DNA from: Promethearchaeota archaeon | GTDB lineage: Archaea; Asgardarchaeota; Lokiarchaeia; Sigyniarchaeales; SOKP01 | Direction: 5' to 3' | NCBI GenBank assembly: GCA_011364925.1 | Contig: RDOA01000002.1 | Location: 32,001 to 96,000, forward strand | Length of the DNA: 64,000 nt | In this document: piece after piece, positions 41,739 through 50,973 of the stretch | Position numbering within the stretch: the stretch's first letter is position 1 | Layout of the letters: each line of letters begins with the position of its first letter | Notes under the pieces: generated by a model | Seen by the model: the letters and a program-made list of their open reading frames with translations, nothing else | What the model was told of the DNA's origin: nothing | Database searches by the model: none | Program-made: the position numbers and the translations under genes

Positions 41739-41904
41739 AATTCATCACCTTATTGAATATTTATTAATTAAAACAAAATTAGCTATTAAAATATTCTGGC
41801 TATAATTTTTAGAGAAAAAGATTAAGTAAAAAATCAATAATCAATAGTTAGATATTTCAGAATAGACCGAGTATTATGACGAATTATTATTTTAATAAAG
41901 GTGT

Positions 41905-42234
41905 ATGAAAATTACTGAGAATATTTATAGGTTGACATGGAGAAATAAATGGATTACTGCTCATGCTACTTCGATTGATGACTTTATCGAAACATTTGAG
42001 AATTTGGCAAAAGAATTTAGAAGGTGGAAGGAATTAGGAATAAAGTTATATACAGATAGAGGTATAGGGGATGATTATGCTTCATTTATCACTGATGATA
42101 TGGATATTGCCATTAAAGCAGGATTCACATTCTATATGGGCGATGATAGAAAAAGAGAGTATCTTGAGCTGCTATCTGGGGGAGAAATTGAAGTTCCAAA
42201 AGAGAAACTCGAAAAATTAAGAAAAAAGGATTAA
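41905..42234 (+). CDS. Hypothetical protein
   Basis: 109-aa ORF with AAGGTG upstream; protein-like composition. Confidence 0.65.
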   Translation: MKITENIYRLTWRNKWITAHATSIDDFIETFENLAKEFRRWKELGIKLYTDRGIGDDYASFITDDMDIAIKAGFTFYMGDDRKREYLELLSGGEIEVPKEKLEKLRKKD

Positions 42235-42395
42235 TACTTTGAAATTTTAAAATTTTTCCCGAAGTAATAAATTTATAGTCTTCCAATCTTAGAATAGGTT
42301 AGATTAAAACCCAACAGCTACAAAAAAATCAGTGGACCTGACTATTCGAAATTTCTTCATAAAAGTCCCTAATTAGAAAAAATTAGAAATGAGCA

Positions 42396-43430
42396 TTAAT
42401 AGTAATCAAGATTATTAGATTTCGTATCGCAAAACTCCTTAAGCTTCAGGACTTCCCATTTATACTCTTCAAGTTTAATAATATATACCCCTTCAACGCT
42501 ATCCTCAATAGGATATCCCCTTCCTTGAGTCCATCTAATATTCGAAATACGTATTTCGTCTCCCACATGAATTAAATCCCAGAATAGTCCCGCACAGCAT
42601 CCCAGATGCCCACAACCTCTAACTACTATACAATCATCCTCCCAATCGTCATTGTCGCTCTCTGAGAGAATATTTTCTGTTATACCTTTTACAAGCGCGT
42701 TTATATGTATAACAGGAAAGGGTTCATAAATGAGACAATACTCGCCTAGATAAATTTCAATGTACCCTGAAAACGCACTCGCCGAGATTGCTTTGATATT
42801 TTTGATAAAAATTCTAAAAGTTTTGTCCGTATTCTCATAAATAGGTTTTCTTTCTAGTAATTTCCTCTCATGCCCCTCTACAGTCCAATCCACGAGTCCG
42901 AGTGATAGGAACATTTTGAATCGCTTTGGAAAGGCTTCAAATGGGATTTTTGGTTCCAGATGGAAAGGTGATAATAAAATAACTCCATCATCAGTATCAA
43001 AGGCAGGACCACCATCTGGGTATAGAACTAATTTTCTCCTTTTCCATTTAGGATCACGGAAATATTTTGGAATAAATGTTCCTTCTATTATAAGTGCTGA
43101 AGGTCCCAATTTTTTCAAAGGAGTCGTCCTAAGATTGTTTTTTTTTACTTTTTCCTCCCTTTTCCGTTCCAATTCTTCAACCACATCGAATTGATAGTAT
43201 TCTCCCTCCAGTTCAAAGGGCGAGTTGTTTTCGGGCATCAATCTATATTCTGATATCGGAGAGCGAAAACCAGAGAGTAGAACATCAATTTCTTTTCCTA
43301 CAAAATCCTTCATATCTCCATCTTTATATAATTCTGATTCTAATGTAATAACTTGTCCACTAGTCAATCGAATTGTTATTAGTATTACTTCATTTTCAAT
43401 CTCTTTGGTATTCTCAAGGAGGACTTTCAT
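42396..43430 (-). CDS. Hypothetical protein (C-terminal CGHLGCC)
   Basis: 344-aa ORF; no family recognised. Confidence 0.65.
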   Translation of the reverse strand: MKVLLENTKEIENEVILITIRLTSGQVITLESELYKDGDMKDFVGKEIDVLLSGFRSPISEYRLMPENNSPFELEGEYYQFDVVEELERKREEKVKKNNLRTTPLKKLGPSALIIEGTFIPKYFRDPKWKRRKLVLYPDGGPAFDTDDGVILLSPFHLEPKIPFEAFPKRFKMFLSLGLVDWTVEGHERKLLERKPIYENTDKTFRIFIKNIKAISASAFSGYIEIYLGEYCLIYEPFPVIHINALVKGITENILSESDNDDWEDDCIVVRGCGHLGCCAGLFWDLIHVGDEIRISNIRWTQGRGYPIEDSVEGVYIIKLEEYKWEVLKLKEFCDTKSNNLDYY

Positions 43431-43529
43431 TAATTAACCACTTTTACATCATATTTTCCATAAATTTCAATTTTTTAATAGGAAAGGTATTTTTATAAAT
43501 GAAAATAATATTTTAGATAATAATTAGAA

Positions 43530-44417
43530 ATGTTCAAAATAAATAAGTTCATCACGCTTGAACTTCGAAACGGAAAGACAGTTATTTTTTTGGATAACTC
43601 TGAATTTGCAATTTGTATGGGTGCAAGCATTAATACTATTTTAAGGGACCTAGCATACGGTTCCGTTGATAAAACAATTGAAGATTTGGATATGAGATCT
43701 TTTGTTTCGTTAAGTCCAGAAGAAGAGTATTGGGTGCACTGCTCTAATTTACAAGCGTGGAGCGAAAATAATTACGACACGAGATTAATTCATCCAGATC
43801 TTTCTTTCCCTTTATTGAGAGAGTTAGTACAACTAGGCGACCCCAAAGCGTTAGAAGTGTTTAAGGATGAACTCGTTAAAAAATTTAAAAGCAATCACAT
43901 GCCGACAGTTATATTTTTACTTCAGGGTGGCTATTTAGATGAATTTACTGACGAAGAATTTGAAGTTTTGATGACTGAAGTAAAGGAAAAGATTTATACC
44001 TACGAGATTGACACTCAAGATAAAATTGTTTTGGATATGGTGTTCGAAGGCGAAGATTATGATGAGGTTCCACCGCTCGAGCGCTTCAAACCGAGGGCGA
44101 TACAATTTTTAATGGAACACCCAATAATAAACTTATTCGAATTGTTAGTTAAGTTTGGATGTTATTACCTTAAAGCCTATTACCCGTGGATTTTTAAGTT
44201 CTTTGGTTGCCTTAAAAAGAAGGAGCCTGAGCTGTTTAAGAAAAAAGTGGAATTGCTTTTGAAAAAGGGTTATAAACTTATTCCAGCAACAGTGGAATAC
44301 TCCGAGAATATTGGAGATTACACATTTCATGACAAACGGTCCGATTATTCGGAGATGGACGAGTTTGCACAAGTGTTTTACTATAGATATCTAAGAGATT
44401 ATAATTTCAAAAGTTAA
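43530..44417 (+). CDS. Lokiarchaeal-type conserved domain protein (domain commonly found N-terminal to LRRs)
   Basis: FKINKFITLEL...SPEEEYWVHCSNLQAWSENNYDTRLIH..LSFPLL..L...GDP.A..VFK.E. Confidence 0.7.
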   Translation: MFKINKFITLELRNGKTVIFLDNSEFAICMGASINTILRDLAYGSVDKTIEDLDMRSFVSLSPEEEYWVHCSNLQAWSENNYDTRLIHPDLSFPLLRELVQLGDPKALEVFKDELVKKFKSNHMPTVIFLLQGGYLDEFTDEEFEVLMTEVKEKIYTYEIDTQDKIVLDMVFEGEDYDEVPPLERFKPRAIQFLMEHPIINLFELLVKFGCYYLKAYYPWIFKFFGCLKKKEPELFKKKVELLLKKGYKLIPATVEYSENIGDYTFHDKRSDYSEMDEFAQVFYYRYLRDYNFKS

Positions 44418-44419
44418 AA

Positions 44420-45604
44420 TTATTCGGTAATAATCTTAACGCACTCGTTATAGAAAGAGTCGCCGTAGTAAGGATAAATTTTCCGATTCCCATTTGCTTG
44501 GAATTCTTTGTTTTTTTCTATTTCCTTTTTCCTCCTACCATGCATAAGGTCTGCGAACGCCTCTAATCGCGTGCGGAAACCTTCCATACCTGATTGTTCA
44601 TCGAAGGAGAAATAAATTATTGGGAGATCGTAGATTTTCTTGAGTTTATTGGTTATAATCGTGCGAGCTACGACCTCAGGCATACATAAAAAGGGATACT
44701 CATGGACGAAACCATCAAATCCAGCCAGCGCCTTGTCGATATACTCCCCAAGCACCCACCTCGCCTCTCCACCGCAGTCTAACGGTAAATATGGACGCGA
44801 AAGATGCTCCAACCATTTTCTGTGATAATTTAGATGAAATTTGTGGACAACCCAATCATACAAGCTTAGAGATTGGTGAATTTCGATTCCCATCTCACCT
44901 AGCTTTCTTCTAATGTCAAGGTTAACGTAAGGTTCCAAGCTTATATGAATCTCGCCCGATATCCCTACTTTTAACGGAGTTCGAGTTTTATCGATATCCA
45001 GACCATTAAAATCTTGTTTAATAACATTTTTAAATTTCCTTAACTCGGGGAGCGTATTAGCCTCGTCGAGCTTTGTTAGCAGACCATTTACAATGTCTGT
45101 AGTGTCTCCTTGATTTCGCTCGTACGCTCGGAATAGCCCCTCTGCCGTCTGGATGTCGTTGAGTAATTTAGCCTTCTTTAGGAAAAATATGATGGCTTTC
45201 ACAAACTTCGAATAAACGAACAAATCACTCCGACCACTTATTTCTTGAAGCGTTTTAACCCAATGAAACTCAAGTAAATCGGCCTGATCCAAGGGGACTA
45301 CCGTAATATTCTTGTATCCCATATCCTTTAGAATTCTCTCCTGCACAGAAGCATAAAATCCGAACCTACAAGGTCCACAGTCGATCGCCATGACTAATGT
45401 ATCTGCTCCCTTCTCGATGGCATTGACAAAATCCCCTATTGTCGCCTTGAATGGAAAACAAACGAACTCTGGAGATTGCTTAACGCCGATTTTGATTGCC
45501 TCACGATTTGTTGGATCAGGAACGACCACATCTAAATCAAGGCTTGTAAAAAGTGTTTTAAAGGCAACCCAGTTTGGGCCCATATTAGGGAAGGAGATTA
45601 ACAT
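44420..45604 (-). CDS. PlsR-like/HgdAB-like reductase subunit 2, set A
   Basis: SPEFVCFPFK, CGPCRFGFY, GEIH, PFLCMPE, SFDEQSG..GFRTRLEAF. Confidence 0.85.
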   Translation of the reverse strand: MLISFPNMGPNWVAFKTLFTSLDLDVVVPDPTNREAIKIGVKQSPEFVCFPFKATIGDFVNAIEKGADTLVMAIDCGPCRFGFYASVQERILKDMGYKNITVVPLDQADLLEFHWVKTLQEISGRSDLFVYSKFVKAIIFFLKKAKLLNDIQTAEGLFRAYERNQGDTTDIVNGLLTKLDEANTLPELRKFKNVIKQDFNGLDIDKTRTPLKVGISGEIHISLEPYVNLDIRRKLGEMGIEIHQSLSLYDWVVHKFHLNYHRKWLEHLSRPYLPLDCGGEARWVLGEYIDKALAGFDGFVHEYPFLCMPEVVARTIITNKLKKIYDLPIIYFSFDEQSGMEGFRTRLEAFADLMHGRRKKEIEKNKEFQANGNRKIYPYYGDSFYNECVKIITE

Positions 45605-45619
45605 CTTAAATCTAAGAAA

Positions 45620-45685
45620 TTTTACCTAAGTCAAGTATTTGATCAAAACATGGTTTAAAATAAAAATTTACCCCTTATAAACAAA
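45620..45685 (-). promoter_or_regulatory. Shared cluster promoter, copy 2 (box B 45620-45647; core 45656-45685)
   Basis: Minus strand GTTTATAAGGGGTAAATTTTTATTTTA with TATA-like TTTATAA; identical to 50697-50726. Confidence 0.75.
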
Positions 45686-45779
45686 ATATTAATCATGTGT
45701 TATTTTTAATAAAAAATGGGAGCAATAATAATAAGATAGGATGCAAAAATTAATATTCCAGATAGTTCCAAAACTCGAA

Positions 45780-47105
45780 TCAAGATACCAGATTTTTCCA
45801 TATCGAATTTCTTGAAAAGAACTCAAGTCCGTTCTTAACGGCGAATCCTACATCTAATTTCTTTGATGGATTCAGCATAGTTAAAACCTTTGACATTGGT
45901 GTTTCAATACTAGAAACAAAATAATCAAAATTAGATTTCGGCTTAAAATATATACTTTTTATTTCATCCGGGATCACATACTTGACATCTTTAAACAAGG
46001 GATTAGCATTCTTGTTGCCGACCATTAAATCATGAAATGCTTCGATTCTTGTTCTAAGTCCTTCAAAACCAGAACTTCCATCAAGACTAATATGAATTTG
46101 GGGCATGTAAAACTTGTCCATGTTTTTCTCAGCCTCTAGCATTCCCATGAGGGATATTTCAGGCATGCAAGTGAAGGGAAAAATGTGGACATAGCCGTCG
46201 AACCCTTTTTCTTGACACTCAAGATAACTCCCCATGTTCCAGATCATCTCCCCACCAACATCCATTGGGACATAATTTTTTGCCCTTTTTTCAAGTCGTC
46301 TTCTTCGTTGGCTGGCGTCAAGTTTGTACATAACCCAATCAAAGACATCATACTGCTTGTGAACCTCGATACCCATGACGCCTAATTCTCCCATCAGATC
46401 ATAATTAACCCATTTCTCCAACATGACTTGGATTTCCCCAGTATAACAAACCCTCAAAGGTTCCATTTCCTTGTCAATAGGAATCTTGCGAAAGTGTTCA
46501 TCTATCGTTCTATCAAAATTAGATAATTTCATCAAATTGTATTCGTTATCAAGTAAATTCATCAAAGTATGAACTACTTTGGTAGTCATTGCTTTGGTTT
46601 TTTCCCGACATCTAACAAGTCCTTCAATATGGCTGATTCTTTCAACATAGTATGCTTTGATTAAGAACAAGAGTGTGTTTCTTAAAATTTTATAGTCATC
46701 AATTTTTCTTCCTGTTCTTTTTTCTAAATCATGAAACATCCTTAGCCATTCAAGATTTCGGAAATCATCTTGATTCAGATAAAACATTCTAACATCATTG
46801 AATCCCATGTTTTTCAAGATCCTTTTCTGGACAACAGCATAAATTCCTGCTCGACAAGGACCGTGATCAACAATCATCGCAAAATCTTTGACGTCATAAT
46901 TACGATACAGGTTTATCATTTCACCAAGAATGACTTTAAATGGAAAACAAACGAATTCAGGAGAAACTTTGACTCCTTCACTAACGATGTCAGTGTTTAC
47001 TAAAGGTGGTTCAACAACTTCAATACCAGGAAGATCATAGAATAAACCTTTGAAAAAAATATAGCTCCAACCCATTCGTGAAAATGCAATTCTGACATTT
47101 ACCAT
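45780..47105 (-). CDS. PlsR-like/HgdAB-like reductase subunit 2, set B
   Basis: SPEFVCFPFK, HGPCRAGIY, GEIQ, PFTCMPE, GLRTRIEAF; overlaps the end of the activase gene. Confidence 0.85.
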   Translation of the reverse strand: MVNVRIAFSRMGWSYIFFKGLFYDLPGIEVVEPPLVNTDIVSEGVKVSPEFVCFPFKVILGEMINLYRNYDVKDFAMIVDHGPCRAGIYAVVQKRILKNMGFNDVRMFYLNQDDFRNLEWLRMFHDLEKRTGRKIDDYKILRNTLLFLIKAYYVERISHIEGLVRCREKTKAMTTKVVHTLMNLLDNEYNLMKLSNFDRTIDEHFRKIPIDKEMEPLRVCYTGEIQVMLEKWVNYDLMGELGVMGIEVHKQYDVFDWVMYKLDASQRRRRLEKRAKNYVPMDVGGEMIWNMGSYLECQEKGFDGYVHIFPFTCMPEISLMGMLEAEKNMDKFYMPQIHISLDGSSGFEGLRTRIEAFHDLMVGNKNANPLFKDVKYVIPDEIKSIYFKPKSNFDYFVSSIETPMSKVLTMLNPSKKLDVGFAVKNGLEFFSRNSIWKNLVS

Positions 47106-48130
47106 TTACCGCACCTACTGTTCCATCGTGCAAATATCCTATCATCCTTTTCTTTTCCAGTTACCTTACTTTTATCTTCTTCTCTGACAATGTATTTAAC
47201 CGTACATCTATTCGCACAATCAGGACAGACAAATGAACCTGGAGCCAAGTTCATTTCACTGACTTTTAGGCCATGAAAAGAAGATAGCTGTCCATTTACA
47301 TGTTCCTTTGCCAAAATGGCTGAACCAAATGCTCCCATCACATAATAGTTTTCATGAATAATGACTTCATGCCCCAATTCTTCTTCAAAAGCATTTTTTA
47401 TTCCGGAATTTGCTGCAACTCCTCCTTGGAATACGAAGGGAGGACTCAGTTTTTTACCCTTGCACACATTATTCAAGTAGTTTCTAACAAGAGCTTTACA
47501 TAATCCCTTGATAATTGCTTCTTTAGAATATCCTTCTTGTTGTTTACTGATCATATCAGATTCGGCAAAAACTGTGCATCGTCCTGCAATTGAAACCTCC
47601 TCTTCTGCCCGAGAAGCATAATCCCCAAATTCTTCAATTGGAACCTTGATCCGAATTGCTTGGTGATCTAGAAAAGAACCAGTTCCGGCAGCACAAACAC
47701 TGTTCATGTTAAAATCTGTTACGATGCCATTTTTCATCAATATAACTTTGCTGTCCTGTCCTCCGATTTCAAGAATTGTTCTCACGTCAGGGGTATAAGT
47801 TGAAGCTCCAATTGCGTGAGCAATTATTTCAGGTTTTGCTATATCTGCACCGATTAAAGCTTTTATTAAATACCTAGCAGAACCTGTTGTCCCAACACCA
47901 TAAATATTTTTTTCGATGTGATCGGGAAGGACTTCTTCCATGTATTTTAGATTTTCTTGTGTAGAAACAATGGGAGAACCATCATTTCTAGTCCAGGTTG
48001 CATACAATAATTCATTACTCTCATTAATTATTGCACATTTCGTGGAGACACTTCCGACATCGATTCCTAGATATAACTTGTCTTCCACATCATCTGGAAG
48101 AATATTCTTGATAAATTCTGGTTCATTCAT
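47099..48130 (-). CDS. BcrAD/BadFG/HgdC-type ATP-dependent activator, set B
   Basis: GIDVGSVSTK, EIGGQDSK, NSVCAAGTGSFLD, AGRCTVFAESD, CPDCANRC; ATGA overlap with the upstream gene. Confidence 0.93.
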   Translation of the reverse strand: MNEPEFIKNILPDDVEDKLYLGIDVGSVSTKCAIINESNELLYATWTRNDGSPIVSTQENLKYMEEVLPDHIEKNIYGVGTTGSARYLIKALIGADIAKPEIIAHAIGASTYTPDVRTILEIGGQDSKVILMKNGIVTDFNMNSVCAAGTGSFLDHQAIRIKVPIEEFGDYASRAEEEVSIAGRCTVFAESDMISKQQEGYSKEAIIKGLCKALVRNYLNNVCKGKKLSPPFVFQGGVAANSGIKNAFEEELGHEVIIHENYYVMGAFGSAILAKEHVNGQLSSFHGLKVSEMNLAPGSFVCPDCANRCTVKYIVREEDKSKVTGKEKDDRIFARWNSRCGKW

Positions 48131-50640
48131 TTGTATTTCTTCCTCCTTATCATTTCTATAAAAGATTCTATTCTTGTGGTTATTTGGGATTCTCCAGTGT
48201 GTTCATCTAATGTAAGATCAATAAAAGGTTTATTTTTCATGTCAAAATCCTGCATTACCAATTCTTGAATTAAAGAATCAGGACCACATGCAAAAGAAAT
48301 TAAGAAAATGCCTCCATCAATCTCTTCATTATGGATAACATAATCAGATAATTGCATCAATTCATCTTCATTATCCCAGAAATTGGTTAGATTATCATCA
48401 ATTTCAACTCTTCTTGAGAAGATTTCCTTTGGAGCATTTTCAACAGTTACAACATCAACAAAATTGGCTTTGAGTATATCCATTAATCCATGATTAATAA
48501 TTGGTTCATAAGTGTTGTATGGATGACCAAGAACCATTAATGTAAGTGGATAATTTTCATAATCTTTGTTAAGTTTAGGTCGAAATCTTTTCTTAAACTT
48601 ATAATTAGGATATTTATCAAAAGGATACATTTTGTAAAGTGCATCAATGACAAGAATTCCATCCTCAGTCAACTTATGGAATTCTTCAAGTTTTTTATAT
48701 CCGTTCTCATACGCAAGTTTTGATTCTTCTTTAGATTTGCCTAATGTTTTTCCAAAATCTATTGCTGATTTCATCATTGTATGTTCCCTGGCATTAAAAG
48801 TCCATTCAATAACGGGAACATTAGAAACTGTCGAGTGCTGAGTGACATCTGGAAGGAGCAGGAATTTTGGACAATAATAATGATCCTTACTTTTACTAAC
48901 GAGTCTTGGAACAAATATAAAATCTAGATCGGGGTGATTCGTCGATAAATAATTCACATGACCGTAATGAATCTTGACTGGAATGCATAAATCGGTTGCA
49001 GACTGATTAGATCCGTTGGTAAGAATTTCTTTGTTCGTTTCTGGACTCACAATAACTTCGCAACCAAGACTTGTAAGCATTCCTTCCCATAATGGAAAAT
49101 ACTTGTAGAAATACAGGGAACGTGGTATACCTACCTTCAGGCTTTTCGTCTTTTCAGGTTTTTCAGTCTTTTCAGTTTTTTCGTTCTTTTTCTTATAATT
49201 CGTCTTTTCGTACAGGTTTCGAAATAGGTTCTTAGGATCCGTTCGTTCTTTCACATTATCGTATAATTCCTTGTTATATATCTTCCAGAACAAGTCTTCC
49301 TCGTAGAAATTGTGAGTTATTAGAGTTTTCATTCCCCCGAGCTCATAAACCTTTTCTTCAAGCGCTTTATAGAAGTTAAATCCCTTTCTTTTTTGCTCGA
49401 ACCCGTAGATGGCAAAATCTATGAATAATTCATCCTCGATGGGAGCGAACATGTCTTGATTAAGCCACGGGTAGAACTTGTACCCATCCAGCTTGTCTTT
49501 TTGCATGCGGTAAGGGACGATCCAAACCGGGAAGTAATTATCAAATACATCCAGGTACCAATTAAAAAATTCTTCCGCGTGAGTGAATGGTATGAAGACA
49601 TCAACAATTACGTCCGGTTCTCCACCCTTCTTAGTTAAAAATGGCAATCGTTCGCTGATGTTAAGAATATTTGTTGATCCAAGTATATAGGGTCCTACTA
49701 ACCACCGGACTACTTTATTCTCAAAAATTCCTCCAGCAACATTCCGTATCGACCAGTGACAATCTGCATCATACCTGAAAAAATAATCTATGGTGGAGAG
49801 GAAATCTCGCTTTTTTTCCATCGCACTTTTGTAATAAATATCGTAAAAATATTGACTCTTGTAAGGAGCTTCCTCCTCATCAACGAAGCTGGCAACACAG
49901 AGTACGTTCATATTCTTGGAGAAGATAAGCCCGTCCATCATTTCAATATCCTGCTTTTCGTAGTGTTGCATGATAGCTTCCATGTATTCACTAAAAGTAT
50001 TGTAACGGATGTAATCGATGCGAACGCACTTTTTTGCTGGAACGAGCTTAAACTTTAGGAGTGTGATGATTGCAATCGTGCCAAAACTCCCATGCAGCAT
50101 CTCGAATATATCATGGTTATCGCTTTTCGTGCATAACATTATGTCGCCTGTTCCTGTCACGATTTCTATTTCTTCACAGGAATCGAAAAATCCCCCATAC
50201 TTGAAAGACATGGATTCAACAGAACATCCTGCTACTGCCCCGCCTATCGTGATTCCCTTGAGCTCGGAAACCGTTTGCGGTACAAGACCATACTTTAAGG
50301 TTTCTGTTGCAAGTTTAACAAAAGTAACCCCTCCTTCTGCAATACATGTCCTAGTATCCGTGTTTATCTCAATAATGTCAGTAAGTGACTTTACATCAAT
50401 CGGCTTGTCACTATAGATTGGGTTATCTGGTTGTGGAGCCATGTGGGAAACATTCGCCTTTTTTAGAGAAAAATATTCTCCTGGCTTCGCGTTGTCGTAC
50501 GCGTTTCTAACCATTTCAGAGATCGCTTCTACTTTTCTTTTATGTATTGCTAGTTTTTCTTCGCTCATGTCATACACAGGCTTGGGATTATTGCACGAAA
50601 CGATCCTTGCTTTGGGAAGGAAATTAACATTATTTTTCAA
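48127..50640 (-). CDS. Fusion: DHCR24/Rv3719-like FAD oxidoreductase + DUF2229 reductase domain 1, set B
   Basis: ELKGITIGGAVAGCSVESMSFKYG, HGSFGT, YFFRYD, TDP.NLF.NLYEK; linker; then VGIPRSL, CIPVKIHYGH, CPKF, GHPYN, SFACGPDS, LDEHTGE..TRIESF. Confidence 0.85.
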   Translation of the reverse strand: MKNNVNFLPKARIVSCNNPKPVYDMSEEKLAIHKRKVEAISEMVRNAYDNAKPGEYFSLKKANVSHMAPQPDNPIYSDKPIDVKSLTDIIEINTDTRTCIAEGGVTFVKLATETLKYGLVPQTVSELKGITIGGAVAGCSVESMSFKYGGFFDSCEEIEIVTGTGDIMLCTKSDNHDIFEMLHGSFGTIAIITLLKFKLVPAKKCVRIDYIRYNTFSEYMEAIMQHYEKQDIEMMDGLIFSKNMNVLCVASFVDEEEAPYKSQYFYDIYYKSAMEKKRDFLSTIDYFFRYDADCHWSIRNVAGGIFENKVVRWLVGPYILGSTNILNISERLPFLTKKGGEPDVIVDVFIPFTHAEEFFNWYLDVFDNYFPVWIVPYRMQKDKLDGYKFYPWLNQDMFAPIEDELFIDFAIYGFEQKRKGFNFYKALEEKVYELGGMKTLITHNFYEEDLFWKIYNKELYDNVKERTDPKNLFRNLYEKTNYKKKNEKTEKTEKPEKTKSLKVGIPRSLYFYKYFPLWEGMLTSLGCEVIVSPETNKEILTNGSNQSATDLCIPVKIHYGHVNYLSTNHPDLDFIFVPRLVSKSKDHYYCPKFLLLPDVTQHSTVSNVPVIEWTFNAREHTMMKSAIDFGKTLGKSKEESKLAYENGYKKLEEFHKLTEDGILVIDALYKMYPFDKYPNYKFKKRFRPKLNKDYENYPLTLMVLGHPYNTYEPIINHGLMDILKANFVDVVTVENAPKEIFSRRVEIDDNLTNFWDNEDELMQLSDYVIHNEEIDGGIFLISFACGPDSLIQELVMQDFDMKNKPFIDLTLDEHTGESQITTRIESFIEMIRRKKYK
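49147..49182 (-). repeat. 9-bp tandem repeat x4 encoding the EKT/EKP interdomain linker
   Basis: GAAAAAACT GAAAAGACT GAAAAACCT GAAAAGACG at the junction of the two domains. Confidence 0.8.
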
Positions 50641-50645
50641 AGAAG

Positions 50646-50726
50646 TTTTACTTAGGCAAGTATTTGATCAAATCTATGAAATCAAATAACTCACTCTAAA
50701 ATAAAAATTTACCCCTTATAAACAAA
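50646..50726 (-). promoter_or_regulatory. Shared cluster promoter, copy 3 (box B 50646-50672; core 50697-50726)
   Basis: 30 bp identical to 45656-45685; CAAGTATTTGATCAAA identical to 45632-45647. Confidence 0.75.
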
Positions 50727-50973
50727 TTGTCAATTGTATGATACTTTTAATAAAAATTTCAATAATATATATTAATTTTCACAGATCGATTGACACTATT
50801 ATATTTGTATCTCCCGTCATATTGAGTTCTTCTAACATATATATAGCTCCTCGCTTCAGTCAAAAACTTTATTCCTTTCAGTATCGCTAAACGATACTAT
50901 ATACTAATAAACAACAGATCAGAAAGACTAAAATTAGAAAAGATTACAATTTCAATGCGAACATGGGATTATA

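Noticed and set aside
49190-50640. Alkyl-DHAP synthase (AGPS) as the identity of the FAD domain
   Set aside because: It lacks the AGPS H-x-PDS...ST.GGW..T signature; the motifs match the DHCR24/Rv3719 subfamily instead.
40333-50726. Reading the 27-bp repeats as CRISPR repeats, att sites or IS ends
   Set aside because: Copies are about 5 kb apart, contain a TATA-like box, always sit upstream of a gene start, and no cas, integrase or transposase gene is present.
50778-50850. Tiny minus-strand ORF after AGGAG (MLEELNMTGDTNIIVSIDL)
   Set aside because: Only 19 codons, with no supporting homology.
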